Shown: positions 26,080 to 35,328 of the stretch, one piece after another
Layout of the letters: each line of letters starts with the position of its first letter
How positions within the stretch are numbered: the stretch's first letter is position 1
Source of the DNA: Dehalococcoidia bacterium
Lineage (GTDB): Bacteria; Chloroflexota; Dehalococcoidia; Lucifugimonadales; UBA1127
Assembly (NCBI GenBank): GCA_965197715.1
Contig: OZ240224.1
Span: 1,885,657-1,949,656 of the forward strand
DNA length: 64,000 nt
Direction of reading: 5' to 3'
Position numbers and translations under genes: made by a program
The notes under the pieces: model-generated
Told to the model about the DNA's origin: nothing
The model's database searches: none
What the model saw: the letters and a program-made list of their open reading frames with translations, nothing else

Positions 26080-26502
26080 GTGGCGGACCGGGAGTTCACC
26101 AGCGCGTCTTTCAACATGTACCTGACGGAGAAGAGGCTAATGGCTGCCCGGTGCCAGGGTTGTGGCCGCATCAACCTTCCGCCGCGGCCCATGTGCGGCC
26201 GGTGCCATGGCGTGCAGATGGACTGGGCGGAGCTCAGCGGAATCGGCGCGCTGGCTGCTTTCACCGCCATATCCATCGGTCCTTCGGCCATGGTTGAGTC
26301 GGGCTACGGCCGCGACAACCCATACGTCTCAGGCATCGTGACGCTGGAGGAAGGCCCCAGCATCAGCGCGCGCATTCTGGGCGTGGACGCCAGGGCCCCC
26401 GAGACCATCAGGGTTGGCACGCCCGTCCACGTTGAGTTTCTGGACCAAGGGGAGGGCGAAGCTGCCCGCGCAGTCTTGGCCTTTCGGGCAAAGGGGGCGT
26501 AG
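26080..26502 (+). CDS. DUF35 OB-fold / rubredoxin-like Zn-ribbon protein (thiolase partner)
   Basis: RCQGCGRINLPPRPMCGRCHG Zn ribbon followed by an OB-fold. Starts 1 nt after the thiolase stop, the classic thiolase-DUF35 pairing. Confidence 0.8.
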   Translation: MADREFTSASFNMYLTEKRLMAARCQGCGRINLPPRPMCGRCHGVQMDWAELSGIGALAAFTAISIGPSAMVESGYGRDNPYVSGIVTLEEGPSISARILGVDARAPETIRVGTPVHVEFLDQGEGEAARAVLAFRAKGA

Positions 26503-26576
26503 CGGGGCCTGACTGAACCGGGGCGTCGGCCCACTCCCTCTCCTGTGGGGGAAGAAGAGTGCTCGGCGCCGCCAGG

Positions 26577-27122
26577 CTAGAGCGTCACGGAGCCCTGCAG
26601 TCCCAGCAACCCCTTGATGTACTCCATCTCGCCCAGGTGGCGGCTGTCGTGGCCGTAGATATGCGTGACCACAACCTGCCCGATGGTCATCCCCGCCGTC
26701 CGCTCCACTTGGCTCACCGGTTGCTGCAGGTCCCCGGCCCCCAAGTCCTCAACGAAGGACGTCATCTCGCTCCAGACGCGACGGGCATACGCCAAGACCT
26801 CATCCTTGCCGGGGAACCGGAGATCGCCGGCCTCTTCATCGGAGAGGAGCATCCCCGTGCTCTGCTCGTCCAGACCCCAGCGCCGGAACCACTCCTCTTC
26901 CTGCCAGACCTCTGTGCGCCCCTGAATGTGCTGACGCAGGTAGTTGTCGTCGCAACGGGGAATGTGCCAGAGGGTGAAGCCCAGTGAGTGCGCCCCCCGC
27001 GCCGGCGACCAGGCGAGCTGTTTCTCGGTGAGGTCGCCCACCAGGGTCTCGACCCGCCCGTGGAGCTGGCGCAGCCCCCACACGAGCAGCGGCGCTCCGG
27101 GGCCCGGGGCGCCGCCTACCAT
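26577..27122 (-). CDS. DinB-family four-helix-bundle protein
   Basis: LTEKQLAWSPARGAHSLGFTLWHIPRCDD...THIYGHDSRHLGEMEYI shows the His triad spacing typical of DinB/YfiT. Confidence 0.7.
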   Translation of the reverse strand: MVGGAPGPGAPLLVWGLRQLHGRVETLVGDLTEKQLAWSPARGAHSLGFTLWHIPRCDDNYLRQHIQGRTEVWQEEEWFRRWGLDEQSTGMLLSDEEAGDLRFPGKDEVLAYARRVWSEMTSFVEDLGAGDLQQPVSQVERTAGMTIGQVVVTHIYGHDSRHLGEMEYIKGLLGLQGSVTL

Positions 27123-27216
27123 TGGTGGGCCTCCACGCGGGTGCGCCGGAGGCGCAAGAAGCCTTGAGGAAAGGGGACCAACCTGTTCGCCCCATCCGGT
27201 GCCATCGTCGTGCCTT

Positions 27217-27909
27217 CTACAGCCCCACTATGGGAGCTCGGCACTGGCTGATGATCTCCGACATGTTGGCGTCCGGCGATGCGCCCTGAAGGCTGCGGGC
27301 CAGCGCTTGGACGTCCATGGCGGGGTTGGTGGCCACGGCGCCGGTGGCGGTCCATAGGGGCGCGACCGGGGGCAGCGTCTCTACCCCGCGCCATTGGGGG
27401 AGAATCTCCTCCTGCCATCCCCACGTGTCGATCCGAATAGCCACGTCGTTGCTGCGGCGCACCGGGCCGAAGATGTCGTTCTCCAGCCCGGCCGTCTCCA
27501 GTGCCTGCCGTCGGCCTGGATCGGGCACCGCGTGCCTCGGTACAGTGCCCAGGAACGTGGCCTGTAGGTGCAGCAGCAAGCGAACGTCTCCCCCCCGCCG
27601 CAAGTCCTCGATCATTGCCACTTCATTGGGAGTCAGGGGGACGCGGACCGCCGTGGGCCGCTGGGAGTCCGTTGTGAACTCCGCCAGCGCCACGCCGATG
27701 AGTTGCCTGCCGTCTTCGGGGAGCGACCACAGCTCGGCGTAGAGGTAGGAGATATCCCAAGTCAGTCGGCCCCCACCTGCATTGAGCGGACCGCCCTCCA
27801 GCGGAATGGAGATGCCTCGGGTGTGGGGCAGAAGCGCCCGGGCCTGGTCTTCACGCACGTCCAGTCGATACTCGGCGCCGGGCTGAGGGTGAAAACGTGC
27901 TATCGGCAT
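27217..27909 (-). CDS. hypothetical protein (no recognisable family)
   Basis: 230-aa ORF with ATG start, GGAG 4 nt upstream, and normal amino-acid composition. Confidence 0.5.
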   Translation of the reverse strand: MPIARFHPQPGAEYRLDVREDQARALLPHTRGISIPLEGGPLNAGGGRLTWDISYLYAELWSLPEDGRQLIGVALAEFTTDSQRPTAVRVPLTPNEVAMIEDLRRGGDVRLLLHLQATFLGTVPRHAVPDPGRRQALETAGLENDIFGPVRRSNDVAIRIDTWGWQEEILPQWRGVETLPPVAPLWTATGAVATNPAMDVQALARSLQGASPDANMSEIISQCRAPIVGL

Positions 27910-28056
27910 CTACTCCGACTCTCTTTCACGGGACATCTCCTGTGGAGTCCCATCGTATGATTTGTCCTGCCTGTGCTGTGTACCGGACCAGGGACTGCCT
28001 CGCTTACAGCCGAAGGCGGCTCATGCCTGGGGCAGCCCCCGATATATTGCGGGTGG

Positions 28057-28488
28057 TTACATCTTGAACTCGGCGGGCTGGACGTACTCCCACGGCTCGC
28101 CTGCCCGGTACTTGCCCGCGATCTCCAGCACCTTCACCGCGAACTGGAAGGCGTAGGGGATGCCCGGCCCGCCCGGTACGAAGCCGCCGCCGATGGTCCC
28201 AACGGTCACCGCCTCAAAGATCTCTTCGTCGGTAGCCCCGGCCTCGATGGCGGGGACGACGTGGATAAGGCAGGCCGGCGAGCGATACGCGACGCCAATG
28301 GCCGTGAACATGAGCTCCTTCACCTTCCGGGAAAGGGCCCCGTCCGCCCAAATGCTCTCATAGAAGTCCGCGAACGTCTCACCGGAGGCCGGCGCCACCG
28401 TGTTGATGATCTGGAACATCCGCGGCGTGAAGAGCATCTTCTGCTTCATGTAGTCGTTCGCTTGCTGGGCACGCGCCTGGTCAACCAT
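28057..28488 (-). CDS. carboxymuconolactone decarboxylase / AhpD-like family protein
   Basis: Start at ATG 28488 (GAGGAGG SD). LSRKVKELMFTAIGVAYRSPACLIHVVPAIEAGATDEEIFEAV is the CMD-domain core. The first Cys of the usual CxxC is Ser here (SPAC). Confidence 0.75.
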   Translation of the reverse strand: MVDQARAQQANDYMKQKMLFTPRMFQIINTVAPASGETFADFYESIWADGALSRKVKELMFTAIGVAYRSPACLIHVVPAIEAGATDEEIFEAVTVGTIGGGFVPGGPGIPYAFQFAVKVLEIAGKYRAGEPWEYVQPAEFKM

Positions 28489-28593
28489 AGTGTTCCCTCC
28501 TCGATCAAGTCGATAGTGTTGGCTTGGATGGCAATACACGCGGGGCTGCCTCCCTGGATAACCCAGGCGCTCCCGGCACCCGGCCCGCCATGC

Positions 28594-28625
28594 AAAAAGC
28601 CCCTCTCGTTGGTAGGAAGAGGGGC
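28594..28625 (-). terminator. intrinsic terminator (or attenuator) upstream of the AhpD-like gene
   Basis: Minus strand: GCCCCUCU-UCCUACCAACG-AGAGGGGC followed by UUUUU. Perfect 8-bp GC-rich stem plus U tract. Confidence 0.6.
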
Positions 28626-28649
28626 CGGCAATGCGGAAGTGCCTTGCCC

Positions 28650-28700
28650 CTAGGTGGGGCAGCTACACAGGCAGGTCGAGGGAAGCGTTTGTGTGGCCAT
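28650..28700 (-). CDS. candidate leaderless 16-codon Cys-rich leader peptide
   Basis: ATG 28698-28700 lies 8 nt after the -10 box. It reads MATQTLPSTCLCSCPT-stop, and the stop codon sits in the loop of the GCCCC-ACCUA-GGGGC hairpin. Purely sequence-derived and speculative. Confidence 0.2.
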   Translation of the reverse strand: MATQTLPSTCLCSCPT

Positions 28701-28708
28701 CGGGGGTC

Positions 28709-28737
28709 AAGATAGCAACAATGGCCGACTGTGTCAA
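28709..28737 (-). promoter_or_regulatory. near-consensus sigma70-like promoter
   Basis: Minus strand: TTGACA (28732-28737), 17-nt spacer, TATCTT (28709-28714). Confidence 0.5.
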
Positions 28738-28886
28738 GGACGGGCGGCCGCGCGATTCCGTCCGTGCGGGAGAACAGGCCGTCTCCGGGGCCAGTCAGCC
28801 CCGAAGCAGATTCCAATGCCGCCGGTCGCGCCGCCCAACTCCGCAGCTCGGCAAGCCGCGCGGCGCCGAGCCCTCGCGCTGGCGGG

Positions 28887-29783
28887 TCAACCGTCGAGGA
28901 GCTTGACGCCTTCCTCCAAGCTGATCCGTGGGCTCCAGCCCAGCTCCCGTCGAATCTTCGCAGTATCCGCCTGCGTCGCCCTGGCCTCATTGGGGCGCTC
29001 CGGGAGGTACGCGACGTCCGAAGAGAACATCCGCGCCACGCTGTTGATCGTCGTGCTTGTACCGGAACCTACGTTGTACGCGCTGAGCCGGCGATCGGAG
29101 AGCGCCGCCATCAGGTTGGCTCGTGCCACGTCATAGACGTGAACGAAGTCGCGTGACTGCTCGCCGTCCCCCGTCACCGTGAGGGGTGTTTCGGCCTGCT
29201 TCTGCCTGTTGAAGATCCCCACCACCGACGTATATGCGTTGTACGGGTTCTTCTCGTTGAACGACCGGGGCCCATAGACGTTGAAGTATCGCAGCGCAAT
29301 GCAGGGGATATCGAACCGTCCGCCCAGGACGGAGCAATACTGCTCCGCCGCATACTTCTGAAGCGCGTACGGATTGAGCAGCTCCGGCGCCGTATCTTCA
29401 GGCGTTGGGAGCCTACTGGTGTTGCCGTAGAGCGCAGACGTGCTGGAGAACACGAACTTCCGTATGCGCGTGCCGATGACGGCTTGCAGACACCTGATGG
29501 CGCCGACGACATTCACTTCTTCATGCTCGACGGGCTGGTCGAAAGACGGCTGAATGCGAGGTAGCGCCGCCGCGTGGAAGAAGAGGTCGGCGTCCCGGGC
29601 GAGACGCGTCAATGAGTCCAGATCTCTGATATCAACGGTCGCCAGCTCCGCCTTGGGGTTCAGCGCCGCTTCCGAACCGGTTGACAGGTCGTCCACGACA
29701 AGGACGTCCATACCCTCGCTTACAAGCAGGTCCACAATGTGCGAACCGATGAACCCTGCTCCACCTGTGACAAGGCACCTCAC
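28887..29783 (-). CDS. NAD-dependent epimerase/dehydratase (extended SDR, UDP-sugar 4-epimerase-like)
   Basis: GTG start with GAGGAG SD. VTGGAGFIGSH Rossmann motif and YALQKY (YxxxK). Confidence 0.85.
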   Translation of the reverse strand: MRCLVTGGAGFIGSHIVDLLVSEGMDVLVVDDLSTGSEAALNPKAELATVDIRDLDSLTRLARDADLFFHAAALPRIQPSFDQPVEHEEVNVVGAIRCLQAVIGTRIRKFVFSSTSALYGNTSRLPTPEDTAPELLNPYALQKYAAEQYCSVLGGRFDIPCIALRYFNVYGPRSFNEKNPYNAYTSVVGIFNRQKQAETPLTVTGDGEQSRDFVHVYDVARANLMAALSDRRLSAYNVGSGTSTTINSVARMFSSDVAYLPERPNEARATQADTAKIRRELGWSPRISLEEGVKLLDG

Positions 29784-29911
29784 GGCGTCTCCTCATTCTT
29801 CGCCGGGGCCGCGATGGCTCTTGTCACGGGGCGTAGGCTCGGTCGGCAGATTGTCCCGCTCTGGCCGGCTGCCTCCGGGACTGCGCCCACTAGGCCGTCG
29901 CGCCGGCGACC

Positions 29912-30991
29912 CTACATGCCGTAGAAGTGGGCAGGGTTGTCCGAGAGGATCTTGTCCATGACCGCCGGCGAGACGTCCTCGCGACCGCGGAGCAGTTTGA
30001 TGAGCTCCGGCTCCACTGACTGGTCCCCGTGCCCGTAGTCTGAGCCGGTGATCATGTTGTCTTCGCCAATGTGGTCGAGAATGTAGGGTATGTCCTCATC
30101 CGCTTCGCATGCTACGAAGAGACGGTTGCTGCGGAAATAGTCCGGTCCAAACGCCGCCCGCCCCGTCTTGAAGCGCCGGTTGAGAAAGTGCGCCAGATAG
30201 GGGACCCAGGACGAGTTTGCTTCAATGAATCCCCATCGCAGGTCCGGGAACCGCTCCGGTATCTTGTTGGCCGCTAGGTCGTAGAAAGCCATGACGGGCA
30301 GTAGCCGCACGTCGGGAAACACGAAGCTCAACCTGCTGTCGAAGAACTCCGTGAGTGTTGGAGACCCTGGGCCCGTGTGGATGCAAATGGGAAGGTCCAG
30401 GCGCTGCGCTTCCTCATAGATGGGGAAGAAGTAAGGCTCCGCCAGCGACCGGTCCTTCTCCACGCCCCGGAACAGAACGCCAACGGCGCCATGCTCCTTG
30501 CCGTAGTTCATCTCCTCTATGGACGCCTCCAGGTTGCGTAGAGCAGGCACGACCACCCAGCGCATGCGGCCCCCGGACCGAGAGCACGTGTCCGCCATGA
30601 ACCGGTTGTAGGCCCGGGCAAGGGCGACCTCCAGGTCGACGTCATGCGTGAGGAAGCCGATGAACAGCGTTGGATAGATGATCTGCACGTCGACACCCAT
30701 CTTGGTGGCGTCCAAGAGCCGCGCGTCGATGTCCGTTATTGCGCGCTTGTGCCAACCCGGTGAATTCGCAATCTCCGGGTCGATGGGCGGCGTGCCCAGC
30801 GCCTGGCCGCCCTTTCCCTGGGGGTGCGGCACCAGCTTGCTGTCGATGATCCAGAAGTTGCGCATGTTCCCATTGTTGGGATCCGCCCAGGCAACAAGAC
30901 TTGGCTTGCGATGGGCCAACTCCTCGTCGAAGAACTCCCAGATAGGCTCTGACTCAATTATGTGCGTGTCCGCGTCGATTACCCTTGTCAT
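29912..30991 (-). CDS. amidohydrolase-2 family protein
   Basis: MTRVIDADTHIIESEPIWEF... with AGGAGG SD. GSDYGHGD...NPAHFYGM C-terminus. Confidence 0.85.
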   Translation of the reverse strand: MTRVIDADTHIIESEPIWEFFDEELAHRKPSLVAWADPNNGNMRNFWIIDSKLVPHPQGKGGQALGTPPIDPEIANSPGWHKRAITDIDARLLDATKMGVDVQIIYPTLFIGFLTHDVDLEVALARAYNRFMADTCSRSGGRMRWVVVPALRNLEASIEEMNYGKEHGAVGVLFRGVEKDRSLAEPYFFPIYEEAQRLDLPICIHTGPGSPTLTEFFDSRLSFVFPDVRLLPVMAFYDLAANKIPERFPDLRWGFIEANSSWVPYLAHFLNRRFKTGRAAFGPDYFRSNRLFVACEADEDIPYILDHIGEDNMITGSDYGHGDQSVEPELIKLLRGREDVSPAVMDKILSDNPAHFYGM

Positions 30992-31166
30992 CTTGTCCTC
31001 CTAGTGGAGTGGTGCAGCGACTCCAGATTCGTCTGGTCTGAGGCCCTGAGAATAGCCCGAATTGGAAGGCGGCACAATAGGCGGGCGCCGCGTTGTGCCG
31101 CGGGCGTTGCCGGCGTCTACGCAGGTTGGCCGCCCTTGGCGTCAGCGCCTCCGACCGCCATCGTGC

Positions 31167-32081
31167 TCACTTCGCCCGTCCCCCGGCGCCCCGCATACGG
31201 GGGTCCAGAAGGTCCCGCAGGGCATCGCCGAGAACGTTCCAACCAAAGACAGCGGCGCTGAGGAATACCCCCGGCCAGATGGCCAGCCACGGCGCCTGCA
31301 CCATATAGATGCGGGACTCTGTGCTCAGCATCCGGCCCCAGGACGGGAACGGAGGTGGCACACCATACCCCAGGAAGCTCAGGGCCGCCTCGATGAGGAT
31401 GACGGCGCCCAGTCGAAGCGATGCCAGAATGATGATGGGCACCAGCACGTTGGGCATGATATGGAAGAGCAGTATGCGCAAGCTGCTGCACCCAACGGCG
31501 CGCGCGCCTTCCACGTACACGTTCTCCTTGATGGAAAGCACGGAACCCCGCAAGACGCGGCTTTCCCGGATGGCGACCAGCCCCAGTACCAGGATCACAT
31601 TGAGACGCCCCGGGCCAAGGATGGACATCATAAAGAGGAGCAACAGCAACGGAGGGAAGCTCATCCACGCGTCGACGAAACGCTGGACCAGCGTGTCGAA
31701 CCTGCCGCCGAAATACCCGCTCGTGATGCCGGTGACGCTGGAGAAAAGTGTTCCCAACGCCACCGATCCCATTGCGATGACGATGGAGAGCCGCGCTCCG
31801 TGGATGAGGCGACTGAGAAGGTCGCGCCCCAGATAATCCGTGCCGAGGGGGTAGCTCAGGCTTGAGTTCACAAAGCTGTCGTCGTAGTGGGGCTCATCGT
31901 AGGGATATGGAGCCAGCACTCCGGCGAAAACAGCCATGAACAGCATCAACAGGACGATCAGGGCCCCCGCGAACCCCAGCGGTTTCTCTCTCACGAGCCT
32001 CGTCGCGAGGACCAGCAGGATGTGGCGAGGCTTTCGCGCCAGTCCTCCTGGTGCTGCGGACAATGCCTCAGGCTGGGCCAT
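31167..32081 (-). CDS. ABC transporter permease (DppC/OppC-like)
   Basis: LGTDYLGRDLLSRLIHGAR N-terminal motif, six TM segments, and an EAA-like loop (IEAALSFLGYGVPPP). Confidence 0.9.
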   Translation of the reverse strand: MAQPEALSAAPGGLARKPRHILLVLATRLVREKPLGFAGALIVLLMLFMAVFAGVLAPYPYDEPHYDDSFVNSSLSYPLGTDYLGRDLLSRLIHGARLSIVIAMGSVALGTLFSSVTGITSGYFGGRFDTLVQRFVDAWMSFPPLLLLLFMMSILGPGRLNVILVLGLVAIRESRVLRGSVLSIKENVYVEGARAVGCSSLRILLFHIMPNVLVPIIILASLRLGAVILIEAALSFLGYGVPPPFPSWGRMLSTESRIYMVQAPWLAIWPGVFLSAAVFGWNVLGDALRDLLDPRMRGAGGRAK

Positions 32082-32088
32082 ATATCAC

Positions 32089-33033
32089 CTAGGTGTACCG
32101 GATTCGCGGGTCCAGGTAGCTGTAGAAAACGTCCACCGTCAGGTTGATCAGAATCGTACCGACGGCGAACAGAAGCACTATGGACTGGGCTGGCACATAG
32201 TCCCGCTGCTGCAAGCTCTGGAGCAGGTACTGCCCCATGCCCGGCAGGCTAAAGATGGACTCGATGATCGCGGTCCCAGCCAGGAGTGGCGGTATCTCCA
32301 GACCAATGAGGGATACAACGGGGATCAGGGCATTCTTCACCGCATGGCGATAGAAGACTATGCGCTCCGGCAAGCCCTTCGCCCACGCCGTGCGGATGTA
32401 GTCCTGGCGCAAGACCTCCAACATCATGGCCCGAAGCATCCTGACGTTCCGCCCCACCAGCTGGCTGCCCATGATCAGGCCGGGCAGGACCATGACGCTC
32501 AGGTTCGCCAGGGGTTCTTCGCTGAAGGCTACATACCTGAGTGGGGGTGCCCAGCCCAGCCACACAGAGGGAAGGGTCAGGACAAGGGTGGCTATCCAAA
32601 GACCCGGAATGGCCACAGCCCCAATCGCCAGCGTCCGCAGAATATAGTCGGTGAACGTGTCCTGCCGGACCGCCGTGATCACCCCGACCGGGATCGAGAT
32701 AAGCAGGCTGCTGACCAGGGCGATTATGGTGAGCTGCACCGTAACCGGGTACCGCCAGGAGAGCTCTTGGACCACGGTGCGCTTGGTCCAGAGGGAGTCC
32801 CCCAGGTCCCCGGTGAACACTCCCGATAGCCACTCCCAATACTGGACGTGGACCGGCTTGTTCAGGCCCAACTGCTCCTGGAGCAGGTCCCGGGCCTCGG
32901 CGTAGGGGAAGTCCTCCACCATCAAGTCCAAGATGTCGCCGGGTATCAATCTCAGCAGCGAAAAGGTGAGAAGGCTTACGATGAGAAAGGTGGGGACAAC
33001 CAGAACCAATCGACGCAGTATGTACGTGCGCAT
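32089..33033 (-). CDS. ABC transporter permease (DppB/OppB-like)
   Basis: MRTYILRRLVLVVPTFLIVSLLTF, ...DYIRTAWAKGLPERIVFYRHAVKNALIPVV is the classical DppB signature. Confidence 0.9.
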   Translation of the reverse strand: MRTYILRRLVLVVPTFLIVSLLTFSLLRLIPGDILDLMVEDFPYAEARDLLQEQLGLNKPVHVQYWEWLSGVFTGDLGDSLWTKRTVVQELSWRYPVTVQLTIIALVSSLLISIPVGVITAVRQDTFTDYILRTLAIGAVAIPGLWIATLVLTLPSVWLGWAPPLRYVAFSEEPLANLSVMVLPGLIMGSQLVGRNVRMLRAMMLEVLRQDYIRTAWAKGLPERIVFYRHAVKNALIPVVSLIGLEIPPLLAGTAIIESIFSLPGMGQYLLQSLQQRDYVPAQSIVLLFAVGTILINLTVDVFYSYLDPRIRYT

Positions 33034-33071
33034 GCGCCACCGTACCCAACCAAGGGAATATGCTGCATCCT

Positions 33072-33112
33072 ATTGCGTGCGGCGGCCCTCACATGGGGCC
33101 GCCGCACGCAAT
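33072..33112 (-). other. intercistronic stem-loop between SBP and permease genes
   Basis: 17-bp perfect inverted repeat ATTGCGTGCGGCGGCCC / GGGCCGCCGCACGCAAT with a 7-nt loop. Confidence 0.6.
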
Positions 33113-33130
33113 GGCGTCCTGCCGATCAGA

Positions 33131-34870
33131 CTACTCTGACAACCAGACCTGCTCAAACAGGGTGGTGTAGATCTTGTTGCTCGCGCGCCATCCCAGGTTC
33201 TTCACCTTTGGGTGAGCGACGATGTTGTTCGTCCAGGAGGGACTCATTATTCGATAGTTGACCTCGGCCAGGTAGACCTGTAGCTCCTGCGCAAGCTGCG
33301 CGTGCTTCTTCGGATCAACGGTGGCCCAGAGCTCCTGAATCATCGCGTCCAGCTTGGCGTCGTTGGCCTCGTGGATGTGCAGGCGCCGCGCACTGGGGTC
33401 TTCACTCCACAGGCCCTGGGCCAAGAGGTCAACGGAGTAGGAGTTGTTCCATCCGAACATCACGTCTTGATAGTTGCCCGAGTTCCGGAGCTTGGCGTAG
33501 GAGGCGTACTCCTTGAGGTCGTACTCCGTGTTGATGCCGACGTCGCGCATCATGGTCAGGAAGGACTCCGCGACCTCCGGCCAGGGGGACGTGTACCGCT
33601 GTGTCCAGAGCACGTTGGCCGTGAATCCATCACCGTACCCGGCCTCCGCCAAGAGCTGCCGCGCCTCCTCCGGCCGGTACTCCATGTATTTGCGCACTTC
33701 CGACGGGAACGCGTCCAGCTTCAGCGCCTCGGGATCGGAGGGGTGCGCCTGATATACCGCCGCGCCCTGTCCCCGCAGCGCTGTCTTGACAATGGCGTCC
33801 CGGTTGATCGCCATGGACATGGCCTGGCGCACACGCACGTCGTTGTAGGGCGGCTTCCCCAGGTTGAACACGGCCGCCATCTGGAAGCGGCTCAGGCATG
33901 ACCTGATGGACATCTCCGGGTTTGTCTGCTTGATGCTCTCCACCACCGTCGGCCCTGCCGCCGGGTATATGTCCAATTGGCCGGACCTCAGAGCAGCCTC
34001 TCGTGCGGCTGTGTCCGGCATGATCAGCGCTTCAATGCCGTTCAGGTAGGGCAGAGGGCTCTTGAAGTAGTCGGGATTCCTCTCGAATGAGAGCTTGGTC
34101 CCCGCCTGATGCTCCGTGAAGAAGAAGGGGCCTGTGCCAATCCACGACTTCACCGGGTCCTCCCACCAGCTGCCGTCGGGGCCCGCAAGCTCCGGCGCCA
34201 CGATCCACTGCCCGCCTCCCGTGTGGACCGCGTCCATGAAGCCGAAGGGCTTGAGCAGGTGGAAGCGGACGGTGTACTTGTCGACTGCCTCCGCGCGGTC
34301 GTAGATCTTCTGTCCCAGGAAGGACTGGCCGGCGACGCCCTTCTTGTAGCGCTCATCGAAACTGAATACGACGTCATCGGCCACGAGCTCCCGGCCGTTG
34401 AGGGGCGGCTTGTTTTGCCACTTCACCCCGGGCCGCAGCTTCAATTCAATCGTCGTGTTGTCCACGTACTGCCAACTCTCCGCGAGCTCGTTCTCCCAGA
34501 CGATCTCGCAGCCCCCATCGAGGTTGGCTCCGGGAACGATGAGGGGGTTGAAGGACATCTCCGCCGACTTTCTCAGGGGGTCCCACCCTCTGGTCTTGCC
34601 ATAGACGTCCCAGCCGGGCGGGTCACTCCTGATCACGTAGGTGGCCGAGCCCCCGGGCTTGGGCTCCGCCATGGCGGGGGCAGCCGAGGCGGGCTCTGCC
34701 ATCGTGTCCGACGTAGTTGACGTGGACGGCTGAGCAGCGGTCGCCGGCGCCGCGCCGGAATCCGCCGGCGCGGATGCCGCCGTTCCCTCTCCGCCGCCGG
34801 CACAAGCGATCAGGGCCAGCAGTCCGACAGCAGCGAATACCACCAAGAGGCTACTCTTGACCTTTTCCAT
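33131..34870 (-). CDS. ABC transporter substrate-binding protein, family 5 (peptide/opine/nickel type), lipoprotein
   Basis: Signal plus LIACAGG lipobox, low-complexity linker. Family-5 size (579 aa) and motifs (GGSATYVIRSDPPGWD..., NPDYF). Confidence 0.88.
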   Translation of the reverse strand: MEKVKSSLLVVFAAVGLLALIACAGGGEGTAASAPADSGAAPATAAQPSTSTTSDTMAEPASAAPAMAEPKPGGSATYVIRSDPPGWDVYGKTRGWDPLRKSAEMSFNPLIVPGANLDGGCEIVWENELAESWQYVDNTTIELKLRPGVKWQNKPPLNGRELVADDVVFSFDERYKKGVAGQSFLGQKIYDRAEAVDKYTVRFHLLKPFGFMDAVHTGGGQWIVAPELAGPDGSWWEDPVKSWIGTGPFFFTEHQAGTKLSFERNPDYFKSPLPYLNGIEALIMPDTAAREAALRSGQLDIYPAAGPTVVESIKQTNPEMSIRSCLSRFQMAAVFNLGKPPYNDVRVRQAMSMAINRDAIVKTALRGQGAAVYQAHPSDPEALKLDAFPSEVRKYMEYRPEEARQLLAEAGYGDGFTANVLWTQRYTSPWPEVAESFLTMMRDVGINTEYDLKEYASYAKLRNSGNYQDVMFGWNNSYSVDLLAQGLWSEDPSARRLHIHEANDAKLDAMIQELWATVDPKKHAQLAQELQVYLAEVNYRIMSPSWTNNIVAHPKVKNLGWRASNKIYTTLFEQVWLSE

Positions 34871-35225
34871 GCTCTCCTCCTCCGGTCACTCTGTTCGTTG
34901 TGCGGGAAGGCGTGTGGTTTGCCGCTCGGATCTCTCCTTCTCGCTATCTGTGCCTCTTGGTAGCACACAAGCCTGGGTGTGTCAAGGAGCGGAGCGCATT
35001 CCGGCGCTTTGCGGCCACGAATGCTTCAACTCGCATTGAGTTATCGTACACGACCCCGCGCAACCGCCCGGACGCACGCGCCCCCGTGGATGGGCGCACC
35101 CGGCGCTTGAAGCTCAATGCCGGGTGCGTTGTCAGGCAGGGTTCGGTGACCCACGGCGCGTAAGTGTCTCCCTTGCGCTAAGGCCCCCCGCCCCGCCTGT
35201 CCGGGCCGGACAGCGGACACCAAGA

Positions 35226-35255
35226 GGCGGCCACCAGAGGAGGCTGGTGGCCGCC
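35226..35255 (-). terminator. stem-loop downstream of the orphan SBP gene
   Basis: 12-bp perfect inverted repeat GGCGGCCACCAG / CTGGTGGCCGCC, 6-nt loop, followed on the minus strand by UCUUGGUGU (weak U tract). Confidence 0.45.
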
Positions 35256-35328
35256 CACGCGCACACCGGCGGGCCGTGCGTACAACGCTAACCCTCGGCC
35301 GGCGATGCTCCTACGTGCTGGCCCAGCT

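Noticed and set aside
28057-28488. Second selenoprotein candidate (AhpD-like families include Sec forms)
   Set aside because: The position equivalent to the first Cys of the CxxC is an ordinary Ser codon (SPAC). There is no in-frame TGA in or just upstream of the gene.
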